Assembly: GCA_965235115.1 (NCBI GenBank) | Contig: OZ249436.1 | Location: 50,346,001 to 50,410,000, forward strand | Length of the DNA: 64,000 bases | Source of the DNA: Laetmonice hystrix | Lineage: Eukaryota | Direction: 5' to 3' | In this document: positions 51,572 through 63,250 of the stretch, piece by piece | Position numbering within the stretch: position 1 is the stretch's first letter | Layout: each line of letters begins with the position of its first letter | Position numbers and translations under genes: made by a program | The notes under the pieces: model-generated | Told to the model about the DNA's origin: nothing | Seen by the model: the letters and a program-made list of their open reading frames with translations, nothing else | Database searches by the model: none

Positions 51572-52519
51572 CTGGAAAACAGAAAACATTGAAAGTGAGC
51601 TAACACACACACATGCTGAAATACATTGGAATACACTGAGACGCCAAAATACACCCATTGAAAAGATGCTGGAATATGCCGAGATGCAAGCAAGGGGGTG
51701 TCTTCTGTGTAAAAATGCTGAAATACTGTCAGTAACCCTAACCCTAACCCGTATCCGCATAATATTCTGGCATTAATAGCGAGCGCACTGAGCTCTATGA
51801 CAACACATGTGAAAGGGTTGCCAAGGCGACACATACCGTCTCACAAAAAATTTTTGTAAAACCTGAACCGGAAAAACCATGGAGCAAATCCATGGAAAAA
51901 TCCATGGAGGGTCATGTGACCCTTGCAGAGCGTGTGTGATTTGTGACGTCACAGTTATCAACAAACACTCGCGCGAGTGTTTGTTGATTAAACCGCCCGC
52001 TGTGACGCCACAACATCCCGACATCAGGTGCTGCTAAGTGACCAGTCCTGACATTGTATATTGTAGGCCTCCCATCGCTACGCTCGCCCTCTAGGTAGCC
52101 CCTACATCATATTACGCACTGCTTCTAGCCCCCCCCCCCCCCCCAATTTATTAAGTGGGATGTCAGTCATCAGCTGAATTTATCTTGCCCTACTTTAGAC
52201 ACGTGGGGTAACTTGTCTTGAGTCTTGAGACATGAATTTATGGACGTACATGTTTATGGTTTTCACTGTGTCACTGTGGAAAATTATAATGATAGAGGGA
52301 GTCTAGCCTCTACTCTAGGCAACATTCTGTCATCTGGGCTAATAATTTGGATTCAAAGAAAGTAACCTCCTAGGACTAAGCAAAATTTAACGGAATATCT
52401 GTTAAAGCAAGCAGCATAGTTATTGAAACCAGGTGTCAACCATCCATGACCATGATTGAGACATGATAGCATTAGTGACATGTGACACTGACATACACTG
52501 TATCATGTCAACAACATAC

Positions 52520-52640
52520 CCTCCCTGCTGTGGACCACGACCTGCTTCATCGTGACAGTCTGAGAGAGTGAGAACAACTCATCCGTCGGCATACACTGCA
52601 TGATTTCATGAAAACCATCCTTTTCTCGTTGTGTTAACAT
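52520..52640 (-). CDS. C3orf38: C3orf38 homolog exon 1 (not in ORF track); full protein about 287 aa
   Basis: MLTQREKDGFHEIMQCMPTDELFSLSQTVTMKQVVVHSRE plus a phase-1 GTATGT donor compatible with exon 2. Confidence 0.85.
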
Positions 52641-53423
52641 ACTCGATTACTTTGACTACATTGGATTTCACATAATTTGTACAGTCTTTTTGCAGAAATA
52701 ACGTCACTGTGTTTAGACTTTTCCACCTGTCATGCCTGTCGTGATTTTAGAGGCGCGCACTTTATTCATTTCCGGTCACTGGTGTATCAAAGGCAAAGAA
52801 GCTCCGCTCCAAAATATTACACGAACAAAGTTTACAGCTTGAATTCCTTAACAGCTCTCTTATGTAATACCTTTCTAAAATTATAATTAAAGAGACTAAA
52901 TTTTGTCTATTAAGAAGTAGCAGCACTCCTTCTTAAAACTTAAACTAATAATTCTTTGGTTTGTTTCTTCTTAAAATATTTGTGTGGCTATTCCGCCACA
53001 GAGTACGAAAACAAAGGTTGCAAGGGGTCGCTTCGCGAATACATTATGAGTGATTTCGTCTAGGACTCAGAGATTGCAAGGATTGGTGGTGTTGGGCTCC
53101 GTGAAAGAAGGTAATGCTCATATTGCATATCTGTAAGAAGGTGCCATTGTGAACAAACTCGTAGACAAGTTTGCGTTGGCTGGGCCCATGATGACTGGGC
53201 GAAAATAGGGGTTTTAGACCTATTACTAGTTGTCAAACTCACAACGTTAAAATGACAAGTTGTCAGATTGTCAAATATATTGCCCGGTCTGTGACTGTGT
53301 CACTAAACACATTGACCATTTAACTGTGTAAGTCAGTCAACCAAGCCCCTCACCATACTTGTTGAAACCTCCTTTTTAAAATAATTCAATTAATCATGAT
53401 TGCGGGCCATATAAAATTAAAAA

Positions 53424-53849
53424 GGTTAGCACTCTTTTGGCGACGTGAAAGTACCGTTGTAACGGGTATACACCTATTTTTTTAGGTAAATTAACCGAGC
53501 AAATTAACTAATTATAGACACGAAAGAATATTGGTTAGGGTTACCATTACCGTTAGGCCTCAGAGGTATGCTCTATTGAATTCGGTTTCCGCATGGGACT
53601 GCAGCGACGGCCCAGTGTCGCGTGCCCGTTCTGGGAATTGAATGCCCCGTTCTCACGACATGTCGCCGCCCACGATACAGCGGTGAGCCCCCCAGCCGCT
53701 GTGTGCTTGCTCTGGGAACGGAGCGTTCAATTTTTGTTAATAGACTAAAAAGCACCCATTAGATCATCCGCAATTAGATAATCCGGGCAAAATAAGTATA
53801 ACGTTACCCGTTACAACGGAACTTTCGGGTCCCCAAAAGAGTGCTAACC
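53424..53849. mobile_element. MITE with ~45-bp TIRs (MULE-like, AT-rich target)
   Basis: GGTTAGCACTCTTTTGGCGACGTGAAAGTACCGTTGTAACGGGTA vs TACCCGTTACAACGGAACTTTCGGGTCCCCAAAAGAGTGCTAACC. TSD unclear. Confidence 0.75.
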
Positions 53850-54440
53850 CATATAAAAATGACACTTTGACAGCACTTGACAGTGTATATCTAGTCCCAG
53901 GCCAGGGCCTCTGCAGTCTCAGATCTCTGGGAGTATAGTCTCCTATTGTTATATAGGGCGAGACGGGATATATGAGCATTTCCAGGTGGCGCTGTAGTAG
54001 CACTATTGGTCAGCTTAGCAACTGGTGAATACAAACACATAACGGGATGAGGGTCCTTCACTGGGGGAAAGTACTAGCTTCTCCCGTGCTTGCACTGTTT
54101 GACCATATGCATGCGCAATAATGCTGTCTCTAGCCTTCTCCTAAGCCCATAGAACCACCCAGAAGTGGAAGTTGATTGATTGTTACTGCACATGAGCACG
54201 GTCGTGTTTTGCTGGCTAAAATCCAAAATTAATGTAAAAAATTGGTGCGAATTACAAAGATCAAAGGTCTAGACTCTATTTGAACACAAATTCTCAACAA
54301 GGTTGTAAACTCAGTGTAAATTATGGAGGGGATGGAGGCAGGTGGCAACTCTATACATGTACCGGTATCTATAAAAACCACTCTGACATTAATTCCAGAT
54401 GAAGTTTCATTTTGACTCCATTTTATTTTTCAGCCCCGCC

Positions 54441-54665
54441 ATGATGCCTACACAGATGTCGCCCCCGAGTTATATGTACGGGGGCGTCACTGTCGGCCCC
54501 CCAGCTCGTAATGGCTTCTGGGCCAAGATGGCAGCAGCACTAGGTGTAACTCAACTCATCATTGGAGTGTCCTGCATTGTGTTTCACGTGATGGCATTCT
54601 TTGTCGACAAGTCTTCTGATAAGCCCGTTCATTACCTGGCTGAGGGAATACTTACAGGTGGAGTG
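54441..54665 (+). CDS. MS4A/CD20-like tetraspan protein, coding exon 1
   Basis: gccATG context. ALGVTQLIIG motif typical of CD20-family TM1. Ends GILTGGV|GTAAGT. Confidence 0.82.
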
Positions 54666-54934
54666 GTAAGTGTCATTCTTATTTTCACTCTGAGTGGAAT
54701 TTTTTGAAACTTACTGTCTATTATAATGACCCGGCTCTCGGCTTAAACCTGCTATGTAGTAGGATTAGATTTATTGGTATACTTCCAAGAAAATGACGTC
54801 CTTCCAATCAGGTGTAACAGCTTAATGCCAAGAATAAAAACCTTGCAATATATGATTTTAAGAGAAATGCTTCAAACAGTGTAGTAACTGTCATGCTTGA
54901 TGTGTACATCGTTTAAAGAATGGTTTCTCTTCAG

Positions 54935-54991
54935 ATTATAATTACTGGAATATTTGGAACTGCCTCGTCTAAGAAGAAAAACAACTGCACT
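54935..54991 (+). CDS. MS4A-like exon 2
   Basis: 57-nt phase-0 exon IIITGIFGTASSKKKNNCT with canonical splice sites. Confidence 0.82.
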
Positions 54992-55198
54992 GTAAGTGTA
55001 TCATTCCTATGTTTCTGTATGGTAGTATGTTACCACTCCAGTGTGGATTCTGAATATTAAGTAAAGTGAGGGTAGAAAGACACCTTTTGATAAATTTAGG
55101 GAAAGTCTCAGTGTAAAAGCTAACCCTTTCTTAGTTTAGCTATTAGAAGTTGTATGAATGTATGTCAGATTAAACATTTTGTTTATTCTGTTTGCTAG

Positions 55199-55303
55199 AT
55201 CATCACTTTCCTGGTACTTTCTGTGCTGTCCGGCCTGTTTGCCCTGTTTCCAATGGTGTTTGGAATCATGGGGGCGACCATGATGTTTGGAGAAAGTCTG
55301 ATG
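55199..55303 (+). CDS. MS4A-like exon 3 (TM3)
   Basis: IITFLVLSVLSGLFALFPMVFGIMGATMMFGESLM. ctag acceptor, GTAAGT donor. Confidence 0.82.
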
Positions 55304-55432
55304 GTAAGTGTTCATTCTCTGTAGCCTATTTTTAAGAAGAGCTAGATGTATGTTAAACTGTAGCTATCAGAACCAGATCTATATGTCCTGACCTACAGCC
55401 AGTACCATTGTAAATCTGATTCTCTCTTCTAG

Positions 55433-55531
55433 ATGCCAATCTGTCAACTGGTGCTAGCCACAGTGGAGATTATTGTAGCCACCTGGTCCATTGGGGTGTC
55501 ATCACAAGCCATGTGTTGCCCTAACTCAGCC
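55433..55531 (+). CDS. MS4A-like exon 4 (TM4 plus CC)
   Basis: MPICQLVLATVEIIVATWSIGVSSQAMCCPNSA, with the family-typical E in TM4 and CC after it. GTGAGT donor. Confidence 0.82.
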
Positions 55532-55821
55532 GTGAGTCAGAATTCTGGAACATTCAGTAAAGATATTTGGACATAAGGCTAAGAAGCACTTCAGTGTAAT
55601 GATTTGTGCTAATTGTTGGTACAGCAAAAAGGACACCCATGATAAGACATTGATTGTTGACTGACAAAGTTTCTGAGTGTAACAACTGTATTATAAACTA
55701 TGCCAGTGTGATCGAAGTAAAGCCTGGGTTCATCTCATAGCAAAACCATTTATCAAAGTTATAGTTAGTTACAATTTATAAGAGAACACAGTTGTGAGAA
55801 TAAGTGTTTTTGCTTGCACAG

Positions 55822-55981
55822 ATCGCACAGAGTGCCAGTCGCATGATGGGTAGTGCGGGCATCACACAGTTTGTTGCCAATGGCGACGGCCAGCATGTTG
55901 TTATATTCAGTGCTGGGGCCACCCATCCAGCAGTCATGTATGCAGGCGCCGACCCTAACATGCCCTACATGTTACAGCAAG
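55822..55981 (+). CDS. MS4A-like exon 5 (cytoplasmic tail)
   Basis: gcacag acceptor, open frame IAQSASRMMG...YMLQQ, phase-1 donor GTCAGC. Confidence 0.7.
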
Positions 55982-56305
55982 GTCAGCCAACTAACCAAAT
56001 AACATATATTTTGTCCCCTTGAAACAACCATTAGAATCTGCTTCCCTTACATGTCTTATAAACACCATTCTAATGTTTGTGTGGGGGATAACACTTAATC
56101 AATCATCAAATATATAGTTTCTGGGATTTTTCCCCCTTTAATATGTGCAGCCACCTAGTGTCACGTTTGATCACTATCACTTTCCTATCTTGTAACATGG
56201 CAACTATCGTCTATAAAGAGTAGTGTGGACAGACCCAGAGCTCCCTGTTACATGAATGTTAATACGAGAATTTTAAAGCGACTCAATCTTTTTGTTTCAT
56301 ATCAG

Positions 56306-56661
56306 GAATTCCCACCCTTCAGTTGGCTGCCCAGCCTGGAATACCTTGTCACGTGGGAAGCCCTGCACATGGTATCTCGACTCACCGCCAGGTGGTGCCA
56401 CAAATGACGGTGGAAACGGCTTCTGCCACTCACCACCAGATGGCAGTCGCGCAGGATCGTAAGCGAGACGCGCCACCTCAGCAGACGACCGAAACCAAGC
56501 AGGTCGAAGACGAGACCGAGCTTTATGTGGACGAGAAGGAGAAACTTCTTGCTGAAGAAGAGAAAGATCAGGGTCCACCAAAAGTGGGAACATCCGGTGA
56601 GCCTCATGTCGATACTGGTTTTGAGGTGGAAGATGAAAAAGCACATCTCCTAGGGGATTGA
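56306..56661 (+). CDS. MS4A-like terminal exon; full protein about 333 aa
   Basis: Phase-1 atcag acceptor in frame with ORF 56323-56661. Acidic tail ending EDEKAHLLGD. Confidence 0.75.
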
Positions 56662-58517
56662 TTCCCATTGATTGGTTTTGTCATATTTACGTCCTAGAAG
56701 GCCTGACCCAAATTGTAGTGAGGTAATTACAGGGAAAGACAGAGAATCGAAGAAAGTTCTTCTGAGAGCAGGGGTAGGCATAAAAAGTATTCTAACTCCT
56801 GCCAATGTTATAAGAATAAACTTCAGAAAGTGAAAGGACTAATCTTTGAAAAATTCAAATTTTATTGATCAAAGAAAAGGGAACATTTGGGTGATTGCCT
56901 TGAGACTCAGCATAATGATGTTAAGACATACGTTTTGTCATATTGATATACCTAAAGCTGAATAGAAATTGTAGATAAGCATTAGCATGAGAATCTCAGT
57001 CCAAACTAATGGGGATGATAGGTATATAACTTATAATATAGGTATTATAAGACAGGTAAAGATAATTGAGATTCTTCCTTAACTAGTGTTTGTTATTTTT
57101 GTTTGGATGGAAATAAATGTGAATTTTCCTGCATAACATAAAATTGGAGACGTATTAAAGTGAAAGAGGAAGGATATAAATTCAAAAGCGGTAAAAGAAG
57201 TAAAAAATTATCATTTGATCATATTTATTTGATATTATAAGCGCACCTGTTCTTGCCAGGTTAAGAACGTGTCCGGTTTGATATAGATAGGTAGATTCGG
57301 ACCAGAAGGTAATGGTCCTCGTCTTATGCTGTTAGGAAATGTGGTATCGCATTAATCTACTGATTCTGGTGGTTTCAGTGCAGGGTCTCTAATTTAGACC
57401 CCTGTATAATGTTGTTGTTTTTCTGATCAGAATTATTAATGTCCACAGTGTTATAAGTGCACACGTGTATTCAGTGCAAACTTGACTCCTGAGATTATAA
57501 TACAAAGAAGATTATATAATATCTCTAGCCTGGAGACAAGAAATTTTAAAAAACCAAATACGACATTACGATTTATAAACGATGTTCAAGGTTCCAGTGA
57601 TTCATTGCCTCTATCAGAAAAGGTTGGTGTGAACGGGACAGTGGGTTATGTATAAATGTCCGAAAGGCATGGTGAAAACCTATTGGAGCTGTATTGTCGG
57701 GTGTATTTTCAAATACACCGTATATCGAAGGTCTACTATGATCATCCTCATATATTTATTTTATTCCTTATACTATTTATTATATACATACTAGTATATT
57801 CTAGTCAGAGCTTTGAAGGCTCAGTGCTGATTTCTTTGGTTCAAATAAGTATTTATTCTGTTATGACTGATAATATAATGTGTCGTTTTATGCAGAGTAT
57901 GTGAGTAATCAATTTACAAACGCCATGCTGACCACGTTATTATGCAGCTGGTTTTCCTGTTTATTTTTGTTTTACTCCACAAACTTAATTTTAATTACTT
58001 GTATTTGGAAGTGTATATCATTAAAAGCGGTGATGTCATTGTTAACCAGTTTAAGAAGAATATATTAATGACAGCGTACACTTAAAAAGCAGTGTACATT
58101 ATTATTCTATGTATTTTGGATCCATTTCTTGCTTAGACTTTACTGCTGTCGTAAGTGATAATGGATATGTGAATACTAGTTGTTTTGGTTTTATTAGGTG
58201 TATAAAACGTTGTCGGTGATCACTGTGATTGAGATACGATACTCAAAGTGTCTACAGTTTGTGCTGTCCGTATGTATAGGTCACGTAGTGGCGTATAGTT
58301 CAAATGGTACAGCACATCAAAAACTAGGTAAACACCCTTATACGGTGACGGTCGGTACTCTTGTTGCTCAACACACAATAATCCAGATTTTCAAGAGTTG
58401 TATACGTAATCCATGAAGATTGTGTACACATATCGAGGCTGAACTGATATCTAAAACCTTGACTGTCGACGAGAACGTACTTCTCCCCACTTCCTGGTTG
58501 TCTTCCTTCCAAACTGT

Positions 58518-58535
58518 TGGCCACTAGGTGGCACC
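58518..58535 (+). promoter_or_regulatory. CTCF-like motif
   Basis: TGGCCACTAGGTGGCACC is close to the canonical CTCF consensus. Confidence 0.5.
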
Positions 58536-60280
58536 GCTGATGTCGAAATATAAAGCTGCTCGTTCTGTCACACATCATACGCGTGACGTCATTACTGAAA
58601 TCTTATTATACAAACACGTAATCTAAAGGTACTTTCTATCTCTTCATGTTCTCTATGCCTAAATACCATCTTTAGCTGACCAATGTGGTTTGTGTTTTGC
58701 TATTTGATAATGCAGATTCTTATTATATACTTGACCATGCCAGAATCTCAAAAAAAATGTCTTTGGTGAAAGTATCACTTTGAGCGATTTATGATACTTT
58801 TTTTGGTAGGAAAATCTGCTTTTGCAGGTTCGTTTACGCGAAGATTTCAAAGAAAGTTCCTACACTCAATTATTGTAGCCAGTCGGGCCGACGTGTATGG
58901 TCTCACTCAGATATACATGTAGTTTCCTACAGTTTCCTACCCGTATCTTGGAACCAGCATTCCAGAACGTTTAATTTTGCATACCAATGATAGGTAATAG
59001 AATCATTTCCAGGTGTTTAAGGCACCAAGACCAGTTATGCAATGGGCTGAAATTTCCAAAAACCTGGCGGGGTACGTTATTCCATTAGGCAATTAGGCAT
59101 ACAAATGTATTACATGTAGTAATGACGTGAGAATTTTTACAGTCGTATACAGCCTGACCAAACTACATATTGTTCCAGAGTAGCGTGATACCGTTGATGA
59201 GTTTGTACATGTATATTAAGACACATTCCGCAGTAATTCCGCAAAAGTAGGGGTGACACTAGGTTACATCACACCTGCATTAATATTTCATGTACCATAA
59301 CTAAGAATTCTAGAAACCAGCAGTCCATATCCTGAACAAAATGTGCAGATTTTTTAAAAATTCTTTTAGGAGAATGTAGTTCCATTTGCCAAATGATAAA
59401 GTGGTGACAGTATTATTGAAACGTGAAAACTGCAGTATCCTCAGCTGAAGAAAGAGCAAGCATGTTGATTGAACTGTATGCATAATTTGTATATCTATTG
59501 ATACATGTACAACGAAAGGTATTCTCCGTTAATTATAAAAGCAATAATGTCTTTCCCTATTACCTTTTAATCAAAGATCGAAAGGGTTGAAAATGACTTG
59601 AAAAGAATTAATGGATTTAACCTCTATTTTTGTTCCATCTGTCAAAGAACTACAAGCGAAGAAGTTTGGTAATTATAATTGTTCATAATGTCCTCTTTGT
59701 GTTTGACAAATAAGTGCCACATGGTTTTGTGCAATTGGCTGAAATATCTGTTATCTTTTATTGTTGGAAGGTATCTGTTTGAGAACTCTCTTTCCTGGCG
59801 CCGTCTAGGTTGAGACTTTGGATGTATTTTGAATTCTAAGTCTGATACCCCTCTTTGTTCGTAATAAATGGCAGTTGTTCTGACAGACATTTTAACTCAC
59901 CATATCATGTAGTCAGCTGGGCCGTAATCAGTGGCCAATGTTATACTGCTCATTGTCTTACATTTGTTTTGTGTAAATAAAATGACATCATTCCTGGTGA
60001 CTGGGTTTCCGTTCTGTGTTCGTTAAGTCTCTAAGGTTTAAGATGTACGGTAAACCTTAACAACAGAAGTCACGTGTTGTGCAACCAGTTTAACTGAAGA
60101 CAAGATGAAAGGTGTGGTGTGGACGGCCGACCGAAGTCGTTGACCGCGAGTAGTCTCAACACTAACATCCGGTCGACTTGCGTCAAGTTACGCCTATCAC
60201 TCTGGTTGTGTTGATTAGTGCGCACGTTCTGAGAGCGGATGGACGGAAAGCCTTCATCGTTCTCCTCTTCTTCTTCCTCT

Positions 60281-60449
60281 CAGGGCCGTAAATTGCATTG
60301 AGGCAGCCGAGGCAGATGCCTCGGCTAAATTTCCAAAATTAAAAACAGACCCCCGTCACGTAGGCCTAGACCTCTATACATGAACGTGTAACATCAATTT
60401 TCGCTTTGGCGCTCGCCTCGACCAAATTCCCTTCAAATTTACGGCCCTG
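60281..60449. mobile_element. CAG-terminal MITE, related TIR to 1885-2052
   Basis: TIRs CAGGGCCGTAAATT / AATTTACGGCCCTG, inserted in a TTC-rich tract. TSD approximately TCCTCT/TCCTCG. Confidence 0.8.
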
Positions 60450-63173
60450 TCCTCGTCTTCTTTTTATTCTTCCCGTGTCTTCTTCTTTTGTCTTCTTCTT
60501 GTATTGTTAATCTCGTCTCTGGATTTTGGCAGATATTTTAAGATGAGCGTTTCCACGATAAGGACAACATTCAGGCTTAAGACCATATTCAGTGATACGT
60601 GTAGCCCCATCACCAGTGTCGGAAGCTAGTTTCCACCCGGGGGTGAGCCTACATGTTGACCTGATGATACATTTGGCCAGCTTGACCTTGTCCTCGGTAG
60701 ATAATCAAACCTCACCCCTAGAAAGTTTAAAAACTTCGGGTTGATGGGGTGTCTGCGTGTCAGTGTCCATACCCCCTTTCTATCGCCCCTCAACCAGTCG
60801 TTGTATGGACAGCACCAACAGGTCCCTTTCACATTCTCCCCTGAAAACTTGAAAGCGGGATAGTATGTGTAAGTTTGTCTGAAACTCACTGCATAGAGAA
60901 CAGGGGTTGTTTGCTTAACCCAAATTATATATTAGTTCCATACCGCCTGGTGTACAACAAAGCTATCACCTGTGTGAAAGCTACGGGTGAGAGCAAAACT
61001 AACACTGGTTTTCTCCTGTCTGCCAACGTATTGTCTTTGCTTCAGTGTCTCGATGAACTACAGACATATCCCAATGATGTATGTTGGAATATATTCGGTA
61101 ATTGATTCGTATTTCATTGAAATTAAAGGTTAATGACAATATTGTCCGGATCAAATGCATGAGCCGTTAGCTAACGTGGCTTAGCTAATTGGTGTATTTG
61201 CTTTAGGCGCGTTGGTTCTGCTTGTACTGATACTACAATTTATACAACATGACATTGTATGGATTCAAATAGTGTTATCGTGGCCGTTACATACAGCAAC
61301 GAGTCGTTGCATATAGTGAACAGATTTATTGTGGAGTAACACAGAACAGGTCTCCCGCACGGTCAAGGGCAACACAACCCCCTCTGGTGAGATGACCTCA
61401 CAGCTCGAGGACTGACAGGTCAAGAACTATACCTGGGAACCATGCACTTTAAGCCCTCCTTTCTTGTCCACTGCCTTCGATTCAGATAATATTGTAAACT
61501 TTTCAGGGTCAACAACTATTAGGCCCAGTATGCCAAATCCCGGTGTGCATCTTGCCCTAATGACCTATACACCTGCAACATAATGACTCGAGCTGATTGA
61601 TTGGAATAGTTGACAGCTCAGACATGATTGCAATACATCAACTCTCAGATGTACTCCACCGCGGGAGACATTGGTGAGGAGGGGGCGCCGGTTAAAGGCG
61701 CTGTTTCAAGAGTGTCTCAAGCTCAACAGGAAACACGCTTGAGGTTCTCCGACCAGTCGGTCGCACGTAGCACACCTGCCACCGGCATGACGTTGAAAAC
61801 GTTCCGCCATCGGCCGAGCGACGCTGTCGGTGGTCGTCTGCCGCGATGCTGACGTCGTCAACGTCATGGACGTAGCGATAATATCGGAGCGTTCCTTCTG
61901 ACCACGATCAGGCGCACTGAGCAGACCTTGTTGTATTTATCGAAACACGGGCAAGGTCAAGACCTGCCCTGATTTCTCCATTTTTGCAGACAGTAGACAA
62001 GGTCTGGACCTGTCTTCGAACCGCTGTGAGGAGTTCTCAAAGTACCATGGTCAACTCCCTGCCCGGGCTCGCTACCTCTCGCGTGCTGGGCTAGCACCAC
62101 AGCACAAAGAATGACACATAAAGAACATGTCCACTCACCGCGATGTGCTGTGTGAAAGTCTTTAAAAATGACCATATGGTCAATTAAAAGACAGGAAGTG
62201 GCGGCTTTTTGGGTGCACTAACGGCATCATGGTACCGGTGAGAAAAATAGTAGGGCACTACCTGAAACTGTAATGTACCGTGAAAAATACATCTAGATAT
62301 TTCTCAGCGTTGTGCTGGGGAAGCAATGCAGGTCAGAAGGTTCTCCGTCACTTCCTTGCCTGGTTTCTTATTGATATAGGTAAAATGGGATATATTACTT
62401 AGGATATGAGGCAAAGATGATGATAGAGTTATATAGGCCTACATTAAAAGTAGAATTAATGGTCGTGATTCGGGGATGCACTGTAAAACTGTAAAAATGT
62501 ACCAAATGAAATAAAGCAATAAAATAAATCAAGATGATTTATATTAAGAAATAAATGTCGCAGAGAAAAAAGATGGTGTTTTCAGTTAGGTAATGCATGG
62601 AGCGAGCTGGATCAGTCCAGCTCCCAACCCACCACCAATAGAAGTCTGCATGAGTCACGTCAGACTTAGTGCAGTGGTCCTGTTTCGACAAAAGGTCTCT
62701 CAGACTATTGCAAACATATGCATACCATTTTACATCATTGCCCCATTAAGGCGCTGTATAGTCTCATCCAGGCGCGTAACACCAGTGCCTTAGGCCTTAT
62801 ATTAGGACTAATCAGTGTAACATTACGTAGCAAGTCACCATTTTGATTACAGTCAAGCGAAGATTCCCTGAGTGATTTAGACTGTGTGGTGCACGGACTA
62901 TTGTAGGGCCCTTGTTTACGTAACTGATCCCCATCTGGGGTGAGTTATGGGCTGTGTCCCACCCGGTGGGCGGAGAATGATCGTGCGGAAAGGGAGATGG
63001 CAGAGAATCACAAAGGTTCGCAGTGAATGCATACCAAAATACTGAGGAAAGTGCCACGTGTGTCCCACCCACCTTACCAATACATTATCCGACTTCTCCA
63101 ACTATTCAGTCCTCGTTTTCTTTGTCGTTTTCTTGACGGAGAGAGGGAGGGGGAAGAGAGAGAAGAGAGGATG

Positions 63174-63176
<3 letters not shown>

Positions 63177-63245
<69 letters not shown>

Positions 63246-63250
63246 AGAGG
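63177..63250. repeat. (GA)n microsatellite
   Basis: Long GA dinucleotide run. Confidence 0.95.
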
